Positions 55,882 to 64,000 of a stretch of DNA of 64,000 nucleotides are shown here, piece after piece. The notes below the pieces were generated by a model. That model searched no databases. It worked only from the letters and a program-made list of their open reading frames with translations, and was not told the origin of the DNA. The translations under genes and the position numbers were made by a program. Positions within the stretch are counted from its first letter, which is position 1; the number at the start of each line of letters is the position of its first letter. This DNA is from Vampirovibrionales bacterium (GTDB taxonomy: Bacteria; Cyanobacteriota; Vampirovibrionia; Vampirovibrionales; Vampirovibrionaceae). The stretch covers positions 4,102 to 68,101 of the forward strand of contig JBDIVN010000009.1 in assembly GCA_039794365.1 (NCBI GenBank). Direction: 5' to 3'.

Positions 55882-58800
55882 TCACCCCGGACGGATGACC
55901 TGGGCGGTCAGGGGTTTGTCAAGGCTGCTGCGTATGTACTGGTCCACGGCAAAAAGGTAGTAGCTGTTGTTTCGGACGCTGCCCAGAACCTGGATGGGAA
56001 CGCGCTCGCTGTTATTGTTCGGAATGAAGTGAATGAACTTTGAGAACCAGGGCGACACTTCCCGGCCCTGGGTTACCGCCTTCGAGAACTGGCGGGCGTA
56101 CTGGTCGGCGATGTCGATGAGCTGAGGCGTGTTGGGGTCCTCTTTCTCGAAGGCGTAGGCCACGTTGTCCACCACCAGTTGGGGTGGGGCGTTCTTGCCT
56201 TCCGGCAGCATCCAGAACATGCGGATGTATCCGATTCGATCCCCGCTGGCCTTGTCGCGAATCATGGCGTACTGGGCAAACGTGTGCAAAAAGGCATCCA
56301 CCATCTCTTCGGACCGGGTATCCAGGGCCAGGCAGGTTTTCACATGGCTGCCGATAAAAAGATCCTCGGCGGGGTCGCGATTCCAGAGCTCTATTTCAAG
56401 GGTCCTGTCCCCGATCGTGGCGGTCATGGGCTCGTCGTATCCCAGCCACTGGCCGTAATCCAGGCCATGCTTGCCGAAGGCTTCGCGGGTTTTCGTGTTG
56501 GCTTCTCCCCAGGGCTTGGTGGGGTCTTCCAGAAATTCGGGAACCCGGTTTTTCAGATCGGCCTCCAGGATTTCCATCAGGATTTGGCGGGGTTCCTCCT
56601 GCAGGTTGTTCAGGGCGGAGCCAAGGGTGTAGATGTACGGATCGTCCCACCGTTTCAGGCGTTCCCGAATGTCTTCCCCGGCCAGTTCTTCGGGTTTGAG
56701 ACCGGCGACTTCCCCGAAGCTTTTCAGGAAGCGGTCCTGGATGTCGTCCAAATCAATCGTGCGGCTTTTGCGGATCTCCTGCAGGATGGCCTTGGCCTCT
56801 TCAGGTTTACCCAGCAGGGTCAGGCCATAGAGAATTTCGAGGGTGCGGTTCGATTGCCATGCAGGGTAAGAGGTGCGGCCCTGAAACGTCTTGTACGCCT
56901 CGGGCCCCAGAACCGGATTGGTTCCGAGGACATGGGCCATGAGCAGGTACTGCTGGAATTTGGCGGCTTTTTCATCAAACTTGGCTTTTACCGCTTCGGG
57001 GCCCAGCAGGGTAATGGCCATCAGAATATAGCCGGCCGTCCGTTCGAGCCAGCGCGTCATCCTCTCTTCAGTCAGGGGTTTCTGGCCTTCCTGGGTAAAG
57101 GCGTCGCACTGCTTGCGGGCGTGATCGGCGACCTCTCCGTGTCCTTTCAGAATCCGGCGCATCCGCGAGCCGTCGGCCCCGCTCCTGAGAAGCAGGAGCC
57201 AGGCGGGCATCACCTCGGGCCAGGTGATTGCAGCGCCCGGGTCCAGCCGCTTCAGGCTTTCATCCATCAGCCTGGCGTAGGGGCTTTCGAAAAACTTCGT
57301 CATTTCCCCCGTCATGAATTTGCCGATGGAATAGGGCAGATACTCCCTGACCCGGTGAGAGGGGTCGGAAGCAAACGCCTGGAGGGCTTCCTTAAAGGAC
57401 TCCGGCTCCCAATCCTTCCAGGTGTCGTTGAACATGGCCTGCATGCGCACATCGGGATCGGAATCCTTCATGGCTTCACGCAGCAACCCTTCCCGGATTT
57501 TCGGAATTTCGACGGCATCCAGGCTTCGGACGGCCCATTGCCGGACCTTCGCCTCGGGGTCGCGGATTGCTTTCAGGAATTCCGTTAACCGTTGATCCGG
57601 GAGGGTCAGCATTTTTATCGACCAGGCCGCCGATTTGCGGACCTTTGGATTGTCCGAATGCAGGGCTTTCAGAATAATTTTGTCCAGCTTTTTGGAAGGT
57701 TTCAGGAAATCGGGAATCCTGCTCAGGGCATCGGCGAGCACCTCTTCATCCGGGTCGCGCAGCAGTTTTTTCAATACCCGGGCTTTTAGGGCCTTGGATT
57801 CGATGCCCCAGGACATCACCAGCGCGGATTTTCGCCGTTGCGGATTTTCGTCCGAGGCCAGCCGCTCAAAGTAGTCATTTTTGATTTTTGGGGGCAGCTC
57901 TTTCAGTTTGAAGGCCGCCGAATTCGCATGGTAGCCTTCGGTCATCGCCGTCAGTTCCATTACCAGCCGATCCCGGACAGCCTCGTCTTCCACCAGCGGG
58001 ATGGCGGCGATACGGGATTCAGGGTCGGGGCTGTCGGCAAGGGTTTCCACGATCGTTTGCCAGAGCTGGGGGTTTTTGATCTGTTGGCGCAGGTCGGTCA
58101 TGGATTTTGCCGTGCCGGGGTCCGTCTTGAGAAGCTTTCGGATCTGCGCTTCGAGTAAAGCCGGATCGTCCAGGTGTTTGAGTCCCGGCATGGCATGATC
58201 GCGGATCACGGCTTCGGTGCTGTCCAGGGCTTCCAGTAGAAGCCGGCGCCCCTCTTTGGTATCCTTCAGCAGGTGGGGATTGGCGGCAGCGGTGGCGCGC
58301 ACGAAGCCGATCTCGTCACTCAGCAGAATCCGCTGGATCTCTTCACGCCGCTCGTCGTCAGGAAAGCTCGGCAGCATTTTTGCCAGCTGTTGCCGGACCC
58401 AGGGGTGAAAATCATGGACCATCTCCAGCAGATCGGCGGACCTCTCCGGCCTTTTGTCTTCCTTTTTTAGCGCTTCCAGGTAGAACAGGTAGTTTCGGAG
58501 CGTATAATCCGGATGGCCATAGAGCCGGTGAATGAGATAGTCCTGGGCCTGGGGGTTTTCGATCCGGTCGGTCATGAACAGCGTTTGAAACCGCACGCCG
58601 TTGCTGGCGTCGCCCAGGAACTGTTCATAGAGCAATAGGGGGGCCAACAGGGCCTCTTCCGTTTTCCGGGTCAGAGGAAACTCTTTCAGCCGGGGGTCCT
58701 GCGAAACCGCGCCCGCAATCTCCGTCATCTGCTCAATGCCCGCCCGCTCGCCGTTGAGGGGGTACAAGGCCTGGGTCAGAAGGGGCATCGACTCCCGTTT

Positions 58801-58986
58801 TTCCTGCGCCCATGTCTGCAGCACCTTGAAGGCGGCCGGTGTAAGCCCTTTGTTTCCGAAATACACTCTGCCCTGCCACAGCCCGGTTTCGCGGTGAGGT
58901 GAATGGGCCGGGACGTTCTTGTCCCTTGCCGGTTTCTTTCCCCACTGGAGATAGCGGAGTTCGCCGGGTGAAATCGCCCCTGGCAT
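55882..58986 (-). CDS. large HEAT/PBS-lyase-like repeat protein (1034 aa)
   Basis: Numerous ~30-aa repeats with D/NP..VR..A...L signatures (DPEAKVRQWAVRSL, DNPKVRKSAAWSI, DSDPDVRMQAM). The C-terminal ~280 aa have no known domain. Confidence 0.55.
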   Translation of the reverse strand: MPGAISPGELRYLQWGKKPARDKNVPAHSPHRETGLWQGRVYFGNKGLTPAAFKVLQTWAQEKRESMPLLTQALYPLNGERAGIEQMTEIAGAVSQDPRLKEFPLTRKTEEALLAPLLLYEQFLGDASNGVRFQTLFMTDRIENPQAQDYLIHRLYGHPDYTLRNYLFYLEALKKEDKRPERSADLLEMVHDFHPWVRQQLAKMLPSFPDDERREEIQRILLSDEIGFVRATAAANPHLLKDTKEGRRLLLEALDSTEAVIRDHAMPGLKHLDDPALLEAQIRKLLKTDPGTAKSMTDLRQQIKNPQLWQTIVETLADSPDPESRIAAIPLVEDEAVRDRLVMELTAMTEGYHANSAAFKLKELPPKIKNDYFERLASDENPQRRKSALVMSWGIESKALKARVLKKLLRDPDEEVLADALSRIPDFLKPSKKLDKIILKALHSDNPKVRKSAAWSIKMLTLPDQRLTEFLKAIRDPEAKVRQWAVRSLDAVEIPKIREGLLREAMKDSDPDVRMQAMFNDTWKDWEPESFKEALQAFASDPSHRVREYLPYSIGKFMTGEMTKFFESPYARLMDESLKRLDPGAAITWPEVMPAWLLLLRSGADGSRMRRILKGHGEVADHARKQCDAFTQEGQKPLTEERMTRWLERTAGYILMAITLLGPEAVKAKFDEKAAKFQQYLLMAHVLGTNPVLGPEAYKTFQGRTSYPAWQSNRTLEILYGLTLLGKPEEAKAILQEIRKSRTIDLDDIQDRFLKSFGEVAGLKPEELAGEDIRERLKRWDDPYIYTLGSALNNLQEEPRQILMEILEADLKNRVPEFLEDPTKPWGEANTKTREAFGKHGLDYGQWLGYDEPMTATIGDRTLEIELWNRDPAEDLFIGSHVKTCLALDTRSEEMVDAFLHTFAQYAMIRDKASGDRIGYIRMFWMLPEGKNAPPQLVVDNVAYAFEKEDPNTPQLIDIADQYARQFSKAVTQGREVSPWFSKFIHFIPNNNSERVPIQVLGSVRNNSYYLFAVDQYIRSSLDKPLTAQVIRPG

Positions 58987-59667
58987 ACCGACTTTCCTTC
59001 CTTGCTAATGACGGAACGCTGAGAAACGGTAGGTAATTGCCATTTGGTTTTACCCTCAACCCATTACCAAGAATAAAAAGATCCCTCCAGAAACTTGATT
59101 GCCCGTCCGATGAGTTTCTTTACATTTTTTTACCTTGGACCTGAAGGCTAATAGGTAGGAAGTCGGAACCTGGTTAAGAGTCTCGGTTAGTTTGTACAGC
59201 GTGAGGAACTGCTGGAGGATGTAAGGGGGTCCTTCCGATTAAAAGCCGCCATAAGAGACTGGATCCAGAACAGTAATCGTTCCAAAGGCTTATCTCGGTT
59301 TTTCGACGGCCCCATGCAATGAACTGGGCCGTCGTTCCTCATGAATGCTGGCTATTTTCCGTCATTTTATGACATATGCCAGGGACTAATGACACTGAAT
59401 GGGTTTTTTAGTGTCATAAATGGTCAGTTTTTAACATTTTTTGACATTCATGAGTTCAAAATGAGGTAATTTCTGGCATTTTATGACGGCTTTATGTCGG
59501 CAACAGATTGTAGAATAGGGGACAAATGCGCTCTGGTATAATGATCTCAGGCTGGTATGTGCTTAGGTTTGCGACATAAAACGGCCAAAAAACGACATAA
59601 AAATGGTCGAGAAAGCTAACAAAACAGCCCAAGCTCATACCAGGCAAGGCTTTTGGTCAAGCATCGA

Positions 59668-59720
59668 ACTTAAAATCCGTTGGCCGCAAGGTCGTGTCAG
59701 TTCAAGTCTGACCAGGGGCA
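59668..59720 (+). repeat. 53-bp direct repeat of the tRNA-Leu 3' half (attR-like)
   Basis: ACTTAAAATCCGTTGGCCGCAAGGTCGTGTCAGTTCAAGTCTGACCAGGGGCA is identical to 48172-48224. Confidence 0.85.
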
Positions 59721-60202
59721 AGCATTTTGGGGATATCTTTCTGAATTTCTGAAGTCCGCGTTCCAAGTATCGTTCCCAGGGCTTGGTTTTTCTTTTGTAT
59801 ATCTTCGGCTTTAGTGACGAAACCTTTCCTCCGCCTGTGTTGCAAGTAGAATATACATCTCGAACAGCAAGCATACAGGGATAAGAAAGACGAGAAAGAC
59901 ATGGCCAGGGGAAAAAGCAGGAGAAGAGGGCATGCTGGGCTTTGAACCAGAAGCTTTGGGCTGCGGCGGACAAAATGCGGGGGCAAGGCCAGACCCTTGC
60001 CGGTTCCAGCACATGGGACGGATGGCTGAAGGTGGTTTGGGTGTGGGTTTTCCTGAGACGAAAGGTAAATAAATGTATTGCTTTTCGGGGCTGACCAAGT
60101 AATACTTAAAAAGGATTTTTTGGTTTCGGACTTGTTTTTCGGCAGAATAACGGACCGGACAGGAAATCTGGTTTTTAACGATTAACTGAGGTTCGATAAA
60201 AC

Positions 60203-60526
60203 ATGTCCGCAACCGAAATTATTTGCGCTTCCTGCAATACGGAGTTCACTTTCACCGAGGAAGAGCAGGAGTTCTACCAGTCCAAGGGCTTCCAGCCGCC
60301 CAAAAAATGCAAGCCCTGCCGCGACGAAGCCAAGGCAAGCCGCGGTGGCAGCCGCGGTGGCTATGGCGGTGGCGGTGGTGGTGGCGGCGGCTATGGCCGT
60401 TCCGAGCGCCAGCTCTACGATGCCGTGTGCGCCGCCTGTGGTGTCAGCACCCAGGTGCCTTTCCGGCCCAGCGGCGATCGCCCCGTCTATTGCCGGGAGT
60501 GCTTCAGAAACAACTCTTCTTACTAG
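60203..60526 (+). CDS. zinc-ribbon (zf-trcl-like) protein with Gly/Arg-rich linker
   Basis: Two CxxC...F.F...E..FY..KGF..P..C..C(R) half-sites separated by RGGSRGGYGGGGGGGGGYGR. Confidence 0.55.
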   Translation: MSATEIICASCNTEFTFTEEEQEFYQSKGFQPPKKCKPCRDEAKASRGGSRGGYGGGGGGGGGYGRSERQLYDAVCAACGVSTQVPFRPSGDRPVYCRECFRNNSSY

Positions 60527-60537
60527 GGCTGTTGTTG

Positions 60538-60648
60538 ATGGCCAAGAATAACCAGAAGAAGGAAAAAGCTGCACGCAACCAGCAGAACGCTCGCAAGTTC
60601 CGGAAAAAGACCGATAACAAGCGTTCAAAGGGCCGGTTCTCGTCGTAG
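60538..60648 (+). CDS. possible small highly basic peptide (36 aa)
   Basis: MAKNNQKKEKAARNQQNARKFRKKTDNKRSKGRFSS lies immediately downstream of the zinc-ribbon gene. The RBS is weak. Confidence 0.25.
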   Translation: MAKNNQKKEKAARNQQNARKFRKKTDNKRSKGRFSS

Positions 60649-60679
60649 AGATCCCTTCTTTCTGAAACCGAATAACCGC

Positions 60680-62857
60680 TTACAGGCGCATGCTCAGCGA
60701 GATGCGCCTTCGCGGTATATCGACTTCCATAACCCGGACTTTGACCACGTCGCCGGTTTTTACAACGGTGTGGGGGTCCTTTACAAAGCGGTCCGTCATC
60801 ATGGAGATATGGACCAGCCCGTCCTGGTGGACACCCACGTCCACAAAGGCCCCGAAGTTGGTGATGTTGGTGACGACGCCTTCCAGCAGCATGCCGGGTT
60901 CCAGGTCCTTCAGCTCCTCCACGCCCTCTTTAAAGCGGGCGGTCCTGAATTCCGGGCGGGGATCGCGCCCCGGTTTTTCCAGTTCGGCAAGGATATCGCA
61001 AACCGTGGGCAGCCCGAAGGCGCTATCCATATAATCCTCCGGATTCAGGGAGCGCAGGAACTGCGAATCTCCGATGACCTCGCGAATATTCCGTCCGCTG
61101 GCGGACAGAATCCGTTTGACCACCGGGTAGGCTTCCGGGTGGACGGCGGAGGCGTCCAGCGGGTTGTCGCCGTTCATGATGCGCAGAAAACCCGCCGCCT
61201 GCTCGTAGGTCTTGGGTCCCAGCTTGGGAACCTTTCTCAGGGCGTCCCGGTTTTTGAAGGCCCCCTTCTCGTTCCGCATGGCCACGATGTTTTGCGCCAG
61301 GGCGGCTGACAGGCCGGACACATGGCTCAACAGCGCGGGAGAGGCCGTGTTGACGTCCACGCCGACCGCGTTGACGCAATCCTGCACCACCGCCTCCAGC
61401 ATGCGTTCCAGCTTGCGCTGGTCCACGTCATGCTGGTACTGGCCGACGCCAATGGCCTTCGGCTCGATCTTCACCAGCTCGGCGAGGGGGTCCTGTAGCC
61501 GTCGGGCGATGGACACCGCGCCGCGAAGCGTCACGTCCATTCCCGGAAGCTCCTTTGAGGCGAGTTCCGATGCCGAATAGACTGAAGCGCCTGCTTCGGA
61601 GACGATGATTCGGCTGATTCCCAGATCCGGCTGCTGTTTCATCAGGTCCTGAATCAACCGGTCCGTTTCCCGTGAGGCGGTGCCATTGCCGATGCTGACC
61701 AGTTCAACGTTATGCCTTCGGATCAGTTCCGTTAGCGTGGCAATGCTTTTGCTCCATTCGTTCTGCGGAGCGTGGGGGTAGATTACCGCCGTCTGGAGGA
61801 CTTTCCCTGTTCCATCGATGACGACGGTCTTGACGCCGGTGCGCAGGCCGGGATCGAGTCCCATCGTGACCCGTGGCCCGGCGGGGGCGGCAAGCAGGAG
61901 GTCCCGCAGGTTCCTTGCGAAGACCCGGATGGCCTCCTCCTCGGCGTTCTCCCGGAGCTGGCCCATCAGTTCCGTTTCAAGCCGGGGCAGGATTTTGCCG
62001 GACCAGGCTTCGCTGACACAGGCGGCCAGCCATCTATCCGCAGGGCGGCCCTGGTTCTGAATCTTGAAGTGTCGTGTGATACGGCCTTCAAGGGTCCGGG
62101 TGGCCTGTGCCAGCTCCTCCTGGCCGATGGCCGGCTTAAGGCTGACCCGAAGGAATCCTTCTTTTCGTCCGCGAAACAGGGCCAGCGCCCGGTGGGAAGG
62201 GATGGTCCTGATGGCTTCGTGGTAGTCGAAGTAGTCCGAGAACTTGGCCGCCTCGTCCTTTTTGGTTTTGACAACCGTGGAGACAAGAAAGCCGCTGTTC
62301 CAGAGAAACCGGCGCAGGGGGCCGATCACTTCCGGGGTTTCGGCAAATTCCTCCATCAGAATCTGGCGGGCACCGTCCAGGGCCGCCTCCACGTCGGGGA
62401 CGCCCTTGTCCGGCCTGACATGGCTTTTTGCCGCATGTTCCGGCGACTGGTTCGGGTTGTTGAGCAGGATTCGGGCCAGCGGCTCCAGGCCGGCCTCCTT
62501 GGCAATCTGTGCTTTCGTTCGCCGTTTCGGGCGGTAGGGAAGGTAAAGATCCTCCAGGGCGGTCTTCGTGGCGGCAGTCAGAATAGCGGCTTTCAGGGGT
62601 GGGGTCAGCTTGCCCTGCTCGTCAATGCTGTGCAAAACCGCCTCGCGCCGTTTTTCCAGATCCTTCAGGTAAAGCAGCCGTTCCTCCAGAGTGCGCAGTT
62701 GGATGTCGTCCAGCCCGCCGGTGGCCTCTTTCCGGTACCGGGCGATAAACGGCACCGTTGCGCCTTCGCTGAGCAGCTTCAGGGTCACATCCACCTGCTG
62801 TTCGCGGATCTTCAGTTCCTCTGCAATCTGCCGGGCAATCGTGCTCATCTTACTCAC
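60680..62857 (-). CDS. tex: transcription accessory protein Tex
   Basis: N-terminal HTH, YqgF/RuvC-like, HhH and C-terminal S1 (GMLLEGVVTNITNFGAFVDVGVHQDGLVHIS) domains in Tex order. Confidence 0.9.
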   Translation of the reverse strand: MSKMSTIARQIAEELKIREQQVDVTLKLLSEGATVPFIARYRKEATGGLDDIQLRTLEERLLYLKDLEKRREAVLHSIDEQGKLTPPLKAAILTAATKTALEDLYLPYRPKRRTKAQIAKEAGLEPLARILLNNPNQSPEHAAKSHVRPDKGVPDVEAALDGARQILMEEFAETPEVIGPLRRFLWNSGFLVSTVVKTKKDEAAKFSDYFDYHEAIRTIPSHRALALFRGRKEGFLRVSLKPAIGQEELAQATRTLEGRITRHFKIQNQGRPADRWLAACVSEAWSGKILPRLETELMGQLRENAEEEAIRVFARNLRDLLLAAPAGPRVTMGLDPGLRTGVKTVVIDGTGKVLQTAVIYPHAPQNEWSKSIATLTELIRRHNVELVSIGNGTASRETDRLIQDLMKQQPDLGISRIIVSEAGASVYSASELASKELPGMDVTLRGAVSIARRLQDPLAELVKIEPKAIGVGQYQHDVDQRKLERMLEAVVQDCVNAVGVDVNTASPALLSHVSGLSAALAQNIVAMRNEKGAFKNRDALRKVPKLGPKTYEQAAGFLRIMNGDNPLDASAVHPEAYPVVKRILSASGRNIREVIGDSQFLRSLNPEDYMDSAFGLPTVCDILAELEKPGRDPRPEFRTARFKEGVEELKDLEPGMLLEGVVTNITNFGAFVDVGVHQDGLVHISMMTDRFVKDPHTVVKTGDVVKVRVMEVDIPRRRISLSMRL

Positions 62858-64000
62858 TCAGGCTTTCGGCCAGTTCGGTCCATTCCGCGTTCAGGGTGGC
62901 CAGTTGCTTCTGCTTGCGGGCCGCCGTTTCGGAGATTGCCTGCAACTGCGGGTAATCCTGCTGCAAGGCGGGGTCGTTCATTTTTTCGCCCAGGTCCCCA
63001 ATCTCGCTTTCCAGTGCCAGAATATCCCGTTCCACTTTTTTCAGTTGTTTTTCCAGTTCCTTGCGGGCTTTCAGCGGGCTGGCCGGTTTGGAGGGCCGGG
63101 CCGGTGTCTCCGCTTTTCTGCCGACTCGTGGCGCGGTATCGTCCGCTGCCTGCGCCCGAAGCTCGTCCCGCTTGGCGAGGTAGTAGTCGTAATCGCCCGC
63201 GTATGTAAGCAGATGGCCATTATGAATCTCCCAGATATGGGTGGCCAGGTCCTGGATGAAATAGCGGTCGTGGGAGATGCAGAGGATGCTGCCCTCATAC
63301 TCATGCAGAGCCTCGGTCAGCACGTCCTTGGAGGGAATATCCATGTGGTTGGTCGGCTCGTCAAGCAGCAGCAGGTTGGGGCCGGACATCATCAGCCGCG
63401 CCAGGGCCAGCTTGCTTTTTTCGCCGCCACTCAGGACGGAGACGGGTTTGAACACTTCGTCGCCCGTAAACAGGAAGCGCCCCAGCAGGCTGCGCAGTTC
63501 GGTGTTGGTGAGCCGGGGGCAGGCCCGCTCCATGGTGTCGAACGGCGAGAGATCGGGGTCCAGCGTATCCAGCTGGTTCTGGGAGAAATAGCCGGTGATG
63601 ACGTTGTGCCCCATTTCGACGGACCCGTCGGCGGCGGGTTCCAGGCCGAGGATCAGCCGCAGGAGGGTGGTCTTGCCGGTTCCGTTGGCGCCCAGCAGAA
63701 AGACCCGCTGGCGGCGCTCCAGACTGGCGTCCAGTTTGCTGAAGATCGTCTTGTCGCCGTAAGCCTTGCTGATTCCCCGCAGGGTCAGCACCTGCCGTCC
63801 GCTGGGCTGCGGGGGCGGGAACCGCATGGCCATGCGCCGGGTCTCCTGGGTGGGAGCTTCCAGGCGTTCGATTTTCTCCAACTGCTTCTCGCGGCTTTTG
63901 GCCTGGGTGCTACGGGTGGCGCTGGCCCGGAACCGTTCCACGAAAGCCATCTGCTTCGTCAGCTCCTTCTGCTGGCGTTCGTAGGCGCTGGATTGCTGTT
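62850..64000 (-). CDS. ABC-F family ATPase, C-terminal part (5' end beyond window)
   Basis: Second ABC domain (GANGTGKTT, LSGGEKSKLALA, LLLDEPTNHMD) plus a C-terminal coiled-coil. The ORF is open to the window edge. Confidence 0.75.
   Translation of the reverse strand, partial: QQSSAYERQQKELTKQMAFVERFRASATRSTQAKSREKQLEKIERLEAPTQETRRMAMRFPPPQPSGRQVLTLRGISKAYGDKTIFSKLDASLERRQRVFLLGANGTGKTTLLRLILGLEPAADGSVEMGHNVITGYFSQNQLDTLDPDLSPFDTMERACPRLTNTELRSLLGRFLFTGDEVFKPVSVLSGGEKSKLALARLMMSGPNLLLLDEPTNHMDIPSKDVLTEALHEYEGSILCISHDRYFIQDLATHIWEIHNGHLLTYAGDYDYYLAKRDELRAQAADDTAPRVGRKAETPARPSKPASPLKARKELEKQLKKVERDILALESEIGDLGEKMNDPALQQDYPQLQAISETAARKQKQLATLNAEWTELAESLSE

Noticed and set aside
56179-57588. 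469-aa plus-strand ORF
   Set aside because: Antisense to the HEAT-repeat gene, which shows regular repeat structure. This ORF has no such structure.
59720-60200. Search for an integrase, excisionase or recombinase remnant next to the tRNA-Leu 3' repeat
   Set aside because: All frames contain only short junk ORFs, and no tyrosine-recombinase box (R..H..R..Y) is recognisable. No call was made.
61772-63208. 478-aa plus-strand ORF
   Set aside because: Antisense to tex and to the ABC-F gene.

Overview
GC-rich (~60%) chromosomal segment of a Gram-negative bacterium; lipid A genes lpxI and lpxB are present. Coordinates below marked '~' are approximate, because they were counted by hand from the 10-mer blocks.

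Layout, start to end:
- A polyamine cluster on the minus strand at the left edge: speE (5' end only) followed by two tandem pyruvoyl AdoMetDC paralogs.
- Housekeeping genes: guaD, mgtC, pabC-like, rimI, bioY, pxpA, rapZ and yvcK. panB and panC sit between two inverted copies of an ~170-200 bp MITE-like element.
- An accessory stretch of about 14.7-34 kb. It is rich in secreted TPR proteins, proteases, a CPBP protease, a kinase-like protein and recG.
- The de novo purine genes purC-purS (fused) and purQ, then lpxI, lpxB and kynA.
- A convergent trio at 40.4-48.1 kb: a 973-aa membrane coiled-coil protein, a STAS anti-sigma antagonist, and a 1326-aa STAND NTPase with a zinc ribbon, a degenerate cyclase-like domain, a P-loop and a TPR domain.
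- tRNA-Leu(UAA) at 48141-48224. A 53-bp direct repeat of its 3' end at 59668-59720 brackets an ~11.4-kb island with mosaic GC content and no integrase. The island holds two convergent truncated DNA-methyltransferase fragments, a high-GC pseudogene shard, a secreted TPR protein, three tandem secreted paralogs, a 1034-aa HEAT-repeat protein and a cluster of ATGACA-type repeats next to the right-hand repeat.
- At the right edge: a zinc-ribbon/RGG protein, tex, and a partial ABC-F ATPase.

No CRISPR array or rRNA gene was seen.

Many long ORFs in the six-frame track are antisense artefacts of the high GC content and were rejected.

The most interesting items:
- the degraded tRNA-Leu island and its contents;
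- the STAND NTPase / STAS / giant-protein locus;
- a stand-alone Toprim-domain protein;
- the MITE pair flanking panBC;
- the purC-purS fusion;
- a lipoprotein built from two ribosomal L7/L12 C-terminal domains.
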